DNA of 64,000 nucleotides, taken from the NCBI RefSeq assembly GCF_009914755.1, contig NC_060929.1. One strand, given 5' to 3'. The position numbers and the translations under genes were made by a program. This stretch comes from the human T2T-CHM13v2.0 reference genome, Homo sapiens. Below the pieces are notes generated by a model. It saw only the letters and a list, made by a program, of their open reading frames with translations. It was not told the origin of the DNA and did no database searches. Position 1 is the stretch's first letter, and each line of letters starts with the position of its first letter. Shown here piece by piece: positions 53,841 through 64,000 of the stretch.

Positions 53841-56800
53841 ACAAACAAATCTCAAATTTAAAGGCGAGAAAATGTAAGTATGGCTGATCAAAATCTGTGT
53901 AATCTACATTCCATGATGAATGACCTTTGTTAACTTTAAGTCATGCATTCAGCTAATTAATGAACTTCACCCCAAAATAAATATATACTATTCTTTTCAA
54001 GAATGGAAAGGCATGCTTTTCTTCTGCATAATGTAATATATATATTAAACTATGATATATTTAGTGGAAAAGTAATATATAAAGAACAAAACTCTTGAAA
54101 CCCTGACATAAACACTGTGTTCTCAGTGTTCTCACATTTGGGAGTGGGTATGTGTGCTGGGTATCACATTCAATATAGTTATTTGCCTTGATTATCTTCT
54201 TAGCTTTAGTATTATGAATAGTTCTCATATAATTAGCTACTCTGAAACTATAATTCATAATTGCATATTTCTTTGGCTAGAGGTGCCATAATATATCTAT
54301 GCACCTGCTATGAATTTAACATTACTCTTTTTCAACCTGAGTTAAGCAACACAAATAATCTGATCCAGATGCTACAAGCCCCAGCCTTCCTGCATCAACC
54401 TTCCATGTCCTGGGTTAATGAGACAATTTGTACTATCTCTGAGACTTTTTATATAACACCTGTCTGTCTTTCTGGAGGATTCTTCTTCCTTATTTGGTTT
54501 CCCCATGACCCCAAGAACAATGCTCCACACCAGTGAAGACTGTGTTAGAGATGAGAGATTGAACTGTGGCTCTTTTACATTTGGAGCTACCAAAGAGGTT
54601 GCTCTTTCTGGAAATTACATTATTGTATACTGTTGAAGGTAATGACTGCTATATTAGTCTAATATTTGAAAGTCCAAATAAAATATGTGACAGAGGATAA
54701 AATTTGTTTTAAAAAGTGAGCATTTTTAGATTGAGTAGTCATGCTTAGACTTAAATACAACATCGTATCTATTTAGAAAAGCAATGTTTATCTTCTTTCT
54801 TTACTGTGTCCATGATTTCTCCTATTAATTGCAAAACATCAAACAGCCACCAAAATCTAATTATTTATACTGAGGCAGAAAAAGCTGTGGAAAATAGCTA
54901 GCCTAGATCACTTATATATGGTTTGGGAAGTCAGATTTTAACATCATCTTTTTTATGTCTAATTCTCACCACTTACAAAGCGATCCAATTATTGGCAGTT
55001 AAAGAATAACATGAAAAATAGGGGAAGAACGCCAAGGGTAAGTTATTTTAAAGTTGGCTATACATAAATCTGCTGAATTTCATGGACCATAGTTGCTACA
55101 AATCAACCAGGGCATTAGACGCTACCTTGATAACTCTTGATGTAGTGTCAAAATACCATGAAATATTTAAAGAGCTCAACTACCAAGCAAAGTACTGTGA
55201 AAGCTACTATATCCAGAATTCTATCAACTAGAATTCTTCATAAACCATGCCAATGGGGAACACTTCTTCTCTATTCTGATATTTCCTTTCAGGCAAAGGG
55301 AACTTAATTAATGTAACACTGCTGGCCTCTCTCCAGCTTTTCACTTTCTCTGCCTCTGAAGAATAAAGAAGCAGCTTGCCTTGCTGCTTCTCTCTTCCTC
55401 TGGAGATCATCCTCCCTGCAGAGAGCAAGGCTTGGCTCTGCCAGCTCAGAAAAAGCTCTGTCCCTGTGGGGAGGGAGGAGGGAAAGAAGGCAGAGGACCT
55501 GGGATGTAATTCAACTGCCACACCAAGCTATGTCTAATCAAAACTGATATTTTTGCCCATGGCAGCCAATTATTTATCTTTTTCCCTTCCAATATCCCAA
55601 CATGCTGAGATGGGGAGTGGGGAGGAGGAGAGCTTGATATTTATTTGATTCCTTAAAGACACCAACAACCCACATTCCTGCACATTTTGTAATTCTTAAA
55701 GTAACTATATACCTTTCTGTGGTTTATGTAATTGCATATTTAAATGCAAAGAGATAATACAATAAAGCAGTTGTACATTATAAGGAGGTTTCTAAACCAA
55801 AAGAAAGAACTGCATAAAACATGCACAAAATGCAGTTTTCTTAAAATTTCTAATGACAGTTGTGATAATCACATCTGTTAAACCAAAAATGTTACTAATA
55901 CACTTCTCTGGCCTTTACCTAGGCAAGAGAAGTGTATTTTCTAATATCAATGATCCAATTAATTGTTCCCCCATCATCTAGTGTTATAAAGTAAACATCC
56001 TATTTAGTAACATTTCTGTATCATTCAAAACTTGTAGAAATGTTACATATATTTATTTAACCAAATATAATTGGCTCACCTGCTTACTTTGATCCAAAAA
56101 AACAAAAAAACCCAGTAAGGCCTTTTATCATAACATGTATTTTGCTCTGGTAACTTATAATTGGCAGTTCCCACAACAACACATAAATTTGAATACAAAT
56201 AACCACATTTATTGTAAAAATGTTTTTCTGACTGAAGATAAATTTGTCCCCCATTATACAGCTCACATTCTGAAACAAATTCCAAGATACATCGAATCGT
56301 AATTATCCTAAAAATTATGTTGCTGAAGATCACAGTTCTAAATGAAGCCCCTCTGGGTTTGATCATCCCAAGGAGCTGGACATCTTCCAACCTGGAAGAG
56401 CTGGGCACTTTTTTGTCTTCACTGAAGCTCTTAAGAGTGAAACAAAGCAAAAATGACCATCTATTTTCAAAGAGGTACCAATTCACACACTTTTTAGTTC
56501 TCTTCAAGGACTTGATTTTAATTGGGGAGGGGGTCTTCCCTTTATGTAATACATTTAGCTGTTTAAGGTTTCTTTTTTCTCTATCATAATGACATGATGA
56601 TGAGATTCATGCTCGGTGGTTCTAAACAGAGCGGATGTGTAATATCTGACCTCACAGAGAGTGATGCTTATTAAACTGTCTATGATAGTCTTTGTACAAC
56701 ATTAATCTTTGTAGAAAATTTGATCTTAATCAGGTGACTAATATAACACTAATAAAGAATATCAAAGTTTTGTAATTTCTACTGGATTAGAATCTTTTAT

Positions 56801-57074
56801 AATAATGGTGTTGGGAGATATAATTTACTTCTCCTTTAGCTTAACTGCTATATACTTTAATATATAAAGGGCTGGTATGTTTCAGAATAGAAAGTTTAGC
56901 ATATTTTATAAGCAAATCTGCATAATGAAGCAATATTACAATAGGGGTTGGGGTAGGGAAATTACAGCCATTTAATATCCTTTGTTAGAGAGGATGGTAA
57001 CCTAGATAACCTATTTAATTAGATATGTATAAAACATTAGTACCTGTCTTAATATGTATATATTGATTTCTTGT

Positions 57075-57285
57075 GTTCACATAAATTTTGTAATTTACAA
57101 GCCACTTATCCATGCTCTTACTCACTTTATCCTCAAAGAAATCTTTTAAGATATTGTGTCTTATTCTACCCATTTTACAGCTGAAGAAACTGAGTTAACA
57201 ACTGAGGATCACATAAATGGTGAGGGATACACAGCTAAGAAGAGACAGGGCTGGAATCCACCAAAAGCCAGTGCTCTCTCCACAT
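57075..57285 (-). mobile_element. MIR
   Basis: cccattttacagctgaagaaactgag core. Confidence 0.8.
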
Positions 57286-60200
57286 CTCTGTACCCACCAG
57301 AAGCAGAATGCAAAACAGCATTACACTAGGGAAACTTATTTTTCCAATAATTGTCATTTCAGATCACAAACATATTTCTAGAGAAATAGTTGGGCTCTGA
57401 CATATAACGTGTTTGTGTGTGTGTGTATGTGTAACTTTATTACAAAATATTGTAATATATAATATATAAGAACCCAATAAAATGTTTCAGTATATGTAAT
57501 TCATTTTGCACGTAATGTGCCAAGAGAGACAGGTGAATATTTATCTAAGATAGAAAGGTTCTAGGAAGCATTGTTTCACTTATTTAGTCATTATTTCCAA
57601 TTTGTCAAAAACTAATTGATACAGGTACTTCAATATCCTGACATAGCTAAGACACTTCCTACAAATCAATTAACCATGATTCAGAGCTTGGAATTGCACT
57701 TAACTGCTATGTGATCAAAAGATAAACAACTGGAGGTGTCATAACTGCAGATTTTTGTTATGAGTCTTAATATTTAATGGACTAAAAAGCACAGTATGAT
57801 AAAATATTTCTGTGAGTTCCCTGTGTTGGAGGTACTGTTTGTGACTATAACTGAGTTTATTAAACCCAACCAGGCAGTTTGTTAATCAGTAGGCTGGATT
57901 GGCAGACAATGTGATAGAAACTATTTATTGATGACATGTTTAATATTTTATATTAATATAAAAAGCTGTTGCTTTGGCATATAATCAGATAACTTGAAGC
58001 TAGCAACAAGTATCATGAACTGTTCCTACTCAAATTAACTTTTCACACACCAGAAGGCTATCAAAGTACTGTGGACAGGAGAACACCTTCAGAAGATGAA
58101 TGAGGAAAACCATCATGGAAGCCAACAATGAATTTGGCTTGGCAGTGTATTTCCAACTTGCAAATCAGCCAGCAAAGAACCACACCTTCAGCTGAAGTAC
58201 TGGACTTGAAAATGACTAGCAGTCCATGCTTGGTTTTTGTTCATTGTCTGAATTATGACATCCAAGTTTAAGTACTCCCAACTATGTTAAGTCTTTTAAA
58301 AATAAAAACTCTGTTAGGAAAAGTGAGACTAGCATCAAGGATTTCCCTCTAAGAAGTGAAAATAATGTTCGCACAGAGAAAAAACAAAAATGGGTGTTCC
58401 CATTTTCTGTGGCTAATCATAAAGAAGAAAACATTGGAAGTTCAAAATGTAACAGTTTCTATTTTAATTCAATTGGCTTGTTACAGCTGTATACACTGGT
58501 CCATACATAGTGTACTGACCCTATGGACAAATTACAATAAATTATTTCAAATGTAATGTTAATGTTTTCTTAAAGACAACCTGATGAAATTACTCTGAAA
58601 ACCCCTTCGACAAGTCCACACAAATTCATACCACACAAGAAAGAAGTCTGATAAGGCAAAACAGAAAAGAGCAAGTTCTGTAACATTTTCTGCAAATACA
58701 CTGCATATTCAACTAAATGCCAAAGTAATATTATATTTGAGATTATAACTTCATTTTTAATTTTAGAAACTATTATGAAAGCAATATTATCCTTAGAAAT
58801 TATTTAACAAAACTATAAATTGCATTTGCAAACTAGTATTTGAATTTCATTTTTGTCTCTGATGAACAATTTCACTGGGAGAAAGAATTGGCTTATATTC
58901 TATTGTGAAAGATGTAAAGTGGATAGAAATACTGTAATTTGACAGTGTATGACTTTTATTACGAACAATGAAAACATTAGTGACATCTATAATGACTGGG
59001 TTATACAACTACACAAACGTACACCAAATTAAATAACTCCTTTCCGCAAGACTATGACAATTTTATTAGGGCAACAACCTCACGTACTTACCACAATTGC
59101 CATTCAATCAGATAATATCATTTTCAATCCACAATATAACATAAAACCCACATATACAGTATATGTAGTTTTTCACATGCCCATCGGCCGCTCTGGGTAC
59201 ACACACAGGCACAGAGCAGTATCAACTAGTCCTTTAAAAATCATGTTTAAGAATGAAACACTAGGCTCAAAACGAAAAAAGAAAAGGAAACGAGACATGT
59301 ATGCTACTTCATCTATTGCTTTTGAAAGAAATTTTATATTAAAACAATGCAGTGGGCATAACGGTGTGTTCAAAGTGCTCTCGGAAAGTTCCCTGAATGT
59401 GAATAAGGTGAAACTAAAGCAATATTGCTAAAGACTAATCACAGTATTCAATCAACTTGAGCCGTATAGACCTTGCCAGTCCTCCTGCAACACTGACTTG
59501 TGATTAGTGTAATCAAAGGCCTCCCAAATTTCAACACTTAACTCCGAATGTAATCGTCTTCCTTCAAGCCCTGAGCCCTTGGAACCCACAGATCAGTAAT
59601 GATGCCACTTAACATTTTTCCCCAACAACAGTAGGAACATTCTCCGTATGGCAACCATATGCTAATAAAAGACATTTGAGGGCAGTTTAAAGCATCTAGT
59701 TCGTATTTGAGGATACTCGCCCCTATATGTCACACGTCTCATAGCAGAAATCCCCAAAATAATGACAGGTTCACCGCCATAACTTGATATGAGTCACAGC
59801 AAACACTTCTCCATGGGATTTTAGAAGTGGTGCAGCCCCGAAGCCTTGTCATTATGTAGGTGAATGACCAGCAGCAGAGACCAGCTGGACTGCCCTCGGT
59901 AGCTTCAGCCCCTGATGAAGTATGCACAATGAGACAACTCCTAGGGAGTTTCAGCACCTCCTTGTTTTCATGGAAGTCACTGCAGAAAATCCCAAGACTC
60001 TTAAATATTGGTCACATAGTTCTTAAAAGTGAAAATTTACACCTGTCAGGCCTAATACTATGCTGACAACATTCTCTGTTTTCTAAATCAACATATTTGC
60101 TTGAGCACAGTAAAAATACATCTTAATAACACCTGCCAGAGCTAAGGCGAATCAGATCAGCTCAAATGAGGCACACAAGAAAAGAAAAGAAAAAAAAACA

Positions 60201-61216
60201 CCTTGGAAACACAACCTGCCCCTCTATCTCTCATCTCCCACACCCTTCATACCCCCACGGTTACAGCAAAATACAACTTTGGGCATTTTGGAAGTAACTG
60301 TTATTTGTGACACACACACACACACCCCAAAAATTCCCAAGTCTGTTTTCCTACCACAAACACCAGGGAGGCTGCATCACCTTTCTAGTGACTTAATTCT
60401 GAAAGCAGAGGCTCAACCTGCCGAGTGGCAATCGAAGAAAACACACTACACACCAGAATAAGATGAGGGTCGGGAAAAAAAGAAAAAAGCAGCTTCGCTT
60501 TCAGCCATTAATTACGGATCACACCAATTTTGCATCGCTCATCTCCCATACACACGCACAGCCTTCCAAACCTGGCTTTCAGGCGGCGCTTTCTGGAGCC
60601 TGGCTGTCTATTGTCAGCACGCAGAAGCCCCCGAAACCTGTGAAGCCGGCTGCAAAGGCTTGCTGGGAAGCCGCTAAATATAGACCAAGGGGGCTCAGGG
60701 TCTGGCAAGCCGCGGGAGCCTGAAGACACGGCCATGGACGCATATGACTAAGTCTTTCCATTTTGTTCTAGCCAAACATCGTAATGACATTGAACATAAG
60801 GGCAAAAGACTGGAGGGAAGTCCTCCCCACCCCCACCCCGTCTCCTCCCGTATATTAGGGACGTCATGAATGCACCGAGTATGTTCTCAGGGTGGCGGGG
60901 AGCAGCATTGTCGGTGTTGCCCTAAATACGCTTCCTCCCGGGGAGATGGGTGGCAGGGAGGGGGAGCACGCAGGGCAGCCACTTGGTAACCGCTCCAAGA
61001 AAGGCACTAACCCCGGACCCCCTTCCAGGCACAGCGGCTTCCGAGGGGGACCTGGCGCGATCGCGGTCCTCCCCGAGGCAGGCAGAAACCCCGCAGCAGC
61101 CGCCGCCGCCGCCTGCCGGCCGGGAGCCCAGGACCACCCCCACCAGCGGCAAGAGGAGGAGGACGGCGCCGGGAGGAGGCTGCGCCCGGCCCCGGCCGCC
61201 CAGCCCCGCAACTCAC

Positions 61217-61253
61217 CCAAAGGCGCGGCGCCCGGCGGCTTCCTCGCAAACAT
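61217..61253 (-). CDS. CTNND2: Catenin delta-2 (delta-catenin), coding part of exon 1 (37 nt, phase-1 donor)
   Basis: The minus strand reads ATG TTT GCG AGG AAG CCG CCG GGC GCC GCG CCT TTG G|GTGAGT = MFARKPPGAAPL-G, which matches the recalled human delta-catenin N-terminus. Canonical donor at 61216-61211, in-frame upstream TGA at 61280-61278, inside a CpG island. Confidence 0.96.
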
Positions 61254-61314
61254 GCACCCTCCGCCGGCGACAGCTCCTCAGTCCGGGAAGAGGCGTGCGC
61301 GGCGCCGCCCGGCT

Positions 61315-61350
61315 TCAGGGCAAGGTCCTGACCTTGCCCAACTGCAGCAT
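61315..61350 (-). other. Upstream ORF (MLQLGKVRTLP*) in the presumed CTNND2 5'UTR
   Basis: aagATG CTG CAG TTG GGC AAG GTC AGG ACC TTG CCC TGA; ends 61 nt before the main ATG. Translation is not demonstrated. Confidence 0.6.
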
Positions 61351-62957
61351 CTTCCGCTTTTGTTGTCTGAGCGCGGCCGCGGGACAAGGGATGCTGGCGG
61401 GCGGCAGGGGCGAGCGCCGCGGGCGAGAGGCGGCTCCCGACGCGAGTGCGCAGCGCCCGGCCCGGCGGCCCCTCCGAGCTCGGCGAGCGCAGCGCCCCCT
61501 GCCCGGCTCCGCGGGCTCCACGGGCTCCTGCGGGCTCCTCGGGGCTCCGGGCGCCGCCGCCAGCCGGCCGGGCTGAGAGAGCAGCCGCCGCGCCCGCAGC
61601 TCCGCTCAGCCGGCTGTCGCCGCGGGCGCGAGCCTGGGGCCGCCGCGGCGCCCGGCGCCGAGCGCTCCCGAGCTGCGCCCCGCGCGCGGCCCGCGCCACC
61701 TGTGCCGCCGCCGCCTCAGCCGCCGAGGGCGAGGCTCCTCCCGCGGCGCGCGGCAGCCTCAGCCTCCACCTAAACCTCGGCGGCCGGCCCGGGCGCCCGG
61801 CTAGTGAGGGAGCGTCCGCCCCGCCGCCGAAACCGGCCCCGGGTGCGGAGCATGCCCAGTGCCGCCGCGAGAGCGGCGCTTCGCCGCGCGCGTTCCACTT
61901 CTCCTGGTTTTCGCGGCAGCAGCGGCAGCCGCGGGAGAGAGGGGAGGAGGCCGCGGGTTGGGAGAGGGCCGAGCATCCTTGGGAACGCACGCCCTGGACC
62001 TGAGATGGGTGGATGCTCCGGAGCTAGGCGAAAGCTGGAAGGGACCCGGGAAGGGATGGAACCCCAGGTTACTCCGCTTCCCTAATTCACGTGCAAGGCG
62101 CTGACAGTTGACTCTGGTGGGGCAGATGTCAGCCTGCAACAAAGGACCAGGGTGCGAGGGGTCCTAGAGTGGCCAGGTGGGTTGGGGGAGGGAGGCTGGC
62201 GGAACGTGCTGGTGAGCGCAGGTAGATGCTCTTGCAGATCCTGTGATTCCAGAGCTAAGGAGGCACGACGTCCAGCAGAGGTCTTCTCCACAGCACCTGC
62301 CCAATCTTGCCATCACCTTCCCTGTTCAGATGGCATGTTTTTGGCGGGTAGTGAGGGTTTCTCCTTAGGCAAAATCACTTCAGATTTGAAACTGGAATGT
62401 CTGTAAACTTCCTGCAAGAAAGACCCTTGCCCAGTCTGGAACTTGAGCAGATTAAGTTCTCTCTCCTCCCCTTCTTGTGCCACCTTGTCCTCCTCTCTTG
62501 GTATCTTCTGCTGCATCTCTGCCACCTTCTCTTCCTCCTTTTCTTCCTTATTTCAAAGTGAACCACTCCCCTGATCCTTCCCCACAGTCTTCCAGTGCAT
62601 CTCGCATTGCCTTCTTCACGTTCAAATCAGTTTTCCATATCACCTCCTGGCTTGACTGCTCCTTGACCCCATCGGGACTTCCCCATGCGTAGCCTGCTGT
62701 GAAATACAGCAAGTGGAATCACCGTATTCAAAGTCTTGTTGAAAAACGAAACCCAAAACATGTGCCAAGGAAGGCCTCTGGGCCTTCGCCCCTGTCCCTC
62801 TGATTCAGCAGCAGTCAGGACGGGGCTCACGTCTGCTGCATTCACAAGCCAAGCCAAGCAGGGCACAGCCTGCCCAGGGGCCAGGTCGAATGTTCCTCCT
62901 AATTATGCCACGGGCATGACCCTGAACACCGCAGACTGTCTGAGGTTGTGATCTCCT

Positions 62958-62983
62958 CCACCCCCCCCACCCCCCCCACCCCC
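62958..62983 (-). repeat. C-runs upstream of the promoter (G-rich on the - strand, potential G-quadruplex)
   Basis: Three long C-runs separated by single A residues. Confidence 0.6.
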
Positions 62984-64000
62984 GCAGAGCTTGTTTCTGA
63001 AACACAAATAAGCATGACAGAATGCAGGAAATTGTAATAAAAGGGATTTGGTGCTTACGATTCTCAGTAACATTGTGCTTCTATTTTGTGTTGAAAGAGA
63101 TTATCCAACAAACTTAAATGATTTGAATATTCAAGTCTATTCTTTATTATACTTGGGAGTAAGTTGAAATATAAATGGAAGTAAGAGTGAAGGAGAAAAG
63201 CGGTACAGAGGTTAAATAGGTAACAAATAATTGCTAGGAGGAGCAGATTAAGCAGACTATTGACAACAGTACAAATGTTCGCTTTTATTCCTCCTACCCC
63301 AGGTGTGGACATGCACACACAGGCTTGGTCTCACCTGCAAAAAACAGTTCTCCAAGCTAACTCCAAGTGTCTTAAAGCCAGTTTGATATTAAAATATCCT
63401 GAGTCCTGTGAGGGAAGACATGCAAGACCATTTTTTTCATCACACGTTTAACTGTAATTTTTATCTTAGTTCTCAGAAAGGCAGTTCAATTACACTGAGT
63501 ACGTGGTACAAGACAAATTAGCAGCACCATATCCATTAGGCCACATTATATTTCAAGAGATGTTCTTAGTTCCCACCTGAGCTTCTGTCAGTCTGCTATT
63601 GTTTGGTTTTCTCTTTGCATCTTCTAACTCAAGAAGTCAGTGGGGAGGTGGAAAGGGAGATGAGGGGACATCAGTTACTCTTTAGATTAAAATGGAGGTA
63701 GATGTGTAGATGCTATCCACAGGTAATATATGTGTATTTTATGCCTGATATAGATCTAAGTAAAGAAAATAATTTTCTAACGTTTTTTAGTTACTATCGA
63801 GATGAGCAATGACAAATTCTATCAACTAATTGTGTGTCTGGGAAATGAGCTGGAGGCAGTCCCTACAGATACTGTTGGGGCTGGGGCTGGTGTGATATGG
63901 TTATTTAGGAAGCAGAGTGGTAAAGTCCAATGTCCTGGACTGCTTTGATTTCATTTGCTCAGTGCCCCATTTCATTGAAACATTTATGACTTTTATTATT

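Larger units (their letters stand above)
60850..62000. promoter_or_regulatory. CTNND2: CpG island: CTNND2 promoter, 5'UTR and exon 1
   Basis: Abrupt switch to very GC- and CpG-rich sequence with GCC runs and GC boxes. E2F-like TTTCGCGG at 61909-61916; E-box CACGTG just outside at 62088-62093. The exact TSS cannot be read from the sequence. Confidence 0.93.

Noticed and set aside
60864-61216. Continuation of the 129-aa ORF beyond MFARKPPGAAPLG
   Set aside because: Read-through past the GTGAGT donor into intron 1; it does not match delta-catenin.
60892-62003. Long ORFs on both strands (293, 327, 208 and 185 aa)
   Set aside because: Ala/Arg/Pro/Gly-rich products of stop-poor CpG-island DNA, with no recognisable domains.
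63329-63347. Minus-strand ttttttgcag|gtgaga recursive-splice-like motif
   Set aside because: It lies upstream of the CpG-island promoter, outside the inferred transcript. I saw no comparably strong AG|GT site within intron 1.

Overview
Human (or near-human primate) genomic DNA covering the 5' end of CTNND2 (delta-catenin), transcribed on the - strand. A CpG island at ~60.85-62.0 kb holds the promoter and exon 1, whose 37 coding bases (61253->61217) read MFARKPPGAAPL-G, the delta-catenin N-terminus, followed by a GTGAGT donor. Positions 1-61216 are intron 1: AT-rich and full of Alu, L1, L2, MIR, MaLR/ERVL LTRs and DNA-transposon relics. Apart from exon 1 and the uORF, the ORF track reflects repeat or GC-content artefacts. 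I found no new multi-gene system. The best leads are: a 5'UTR uORF containing a perfect inverted repeat; a ~480 bp (TAG)n-derived repeat with higher-order structure; two twin-primed (5'-inverted) L1s, one nested; locally templated repair scars; and candidate neuronal enhancers. Repeat subfamily names are by eye, and boundaries are approximate unless a TSD is given.
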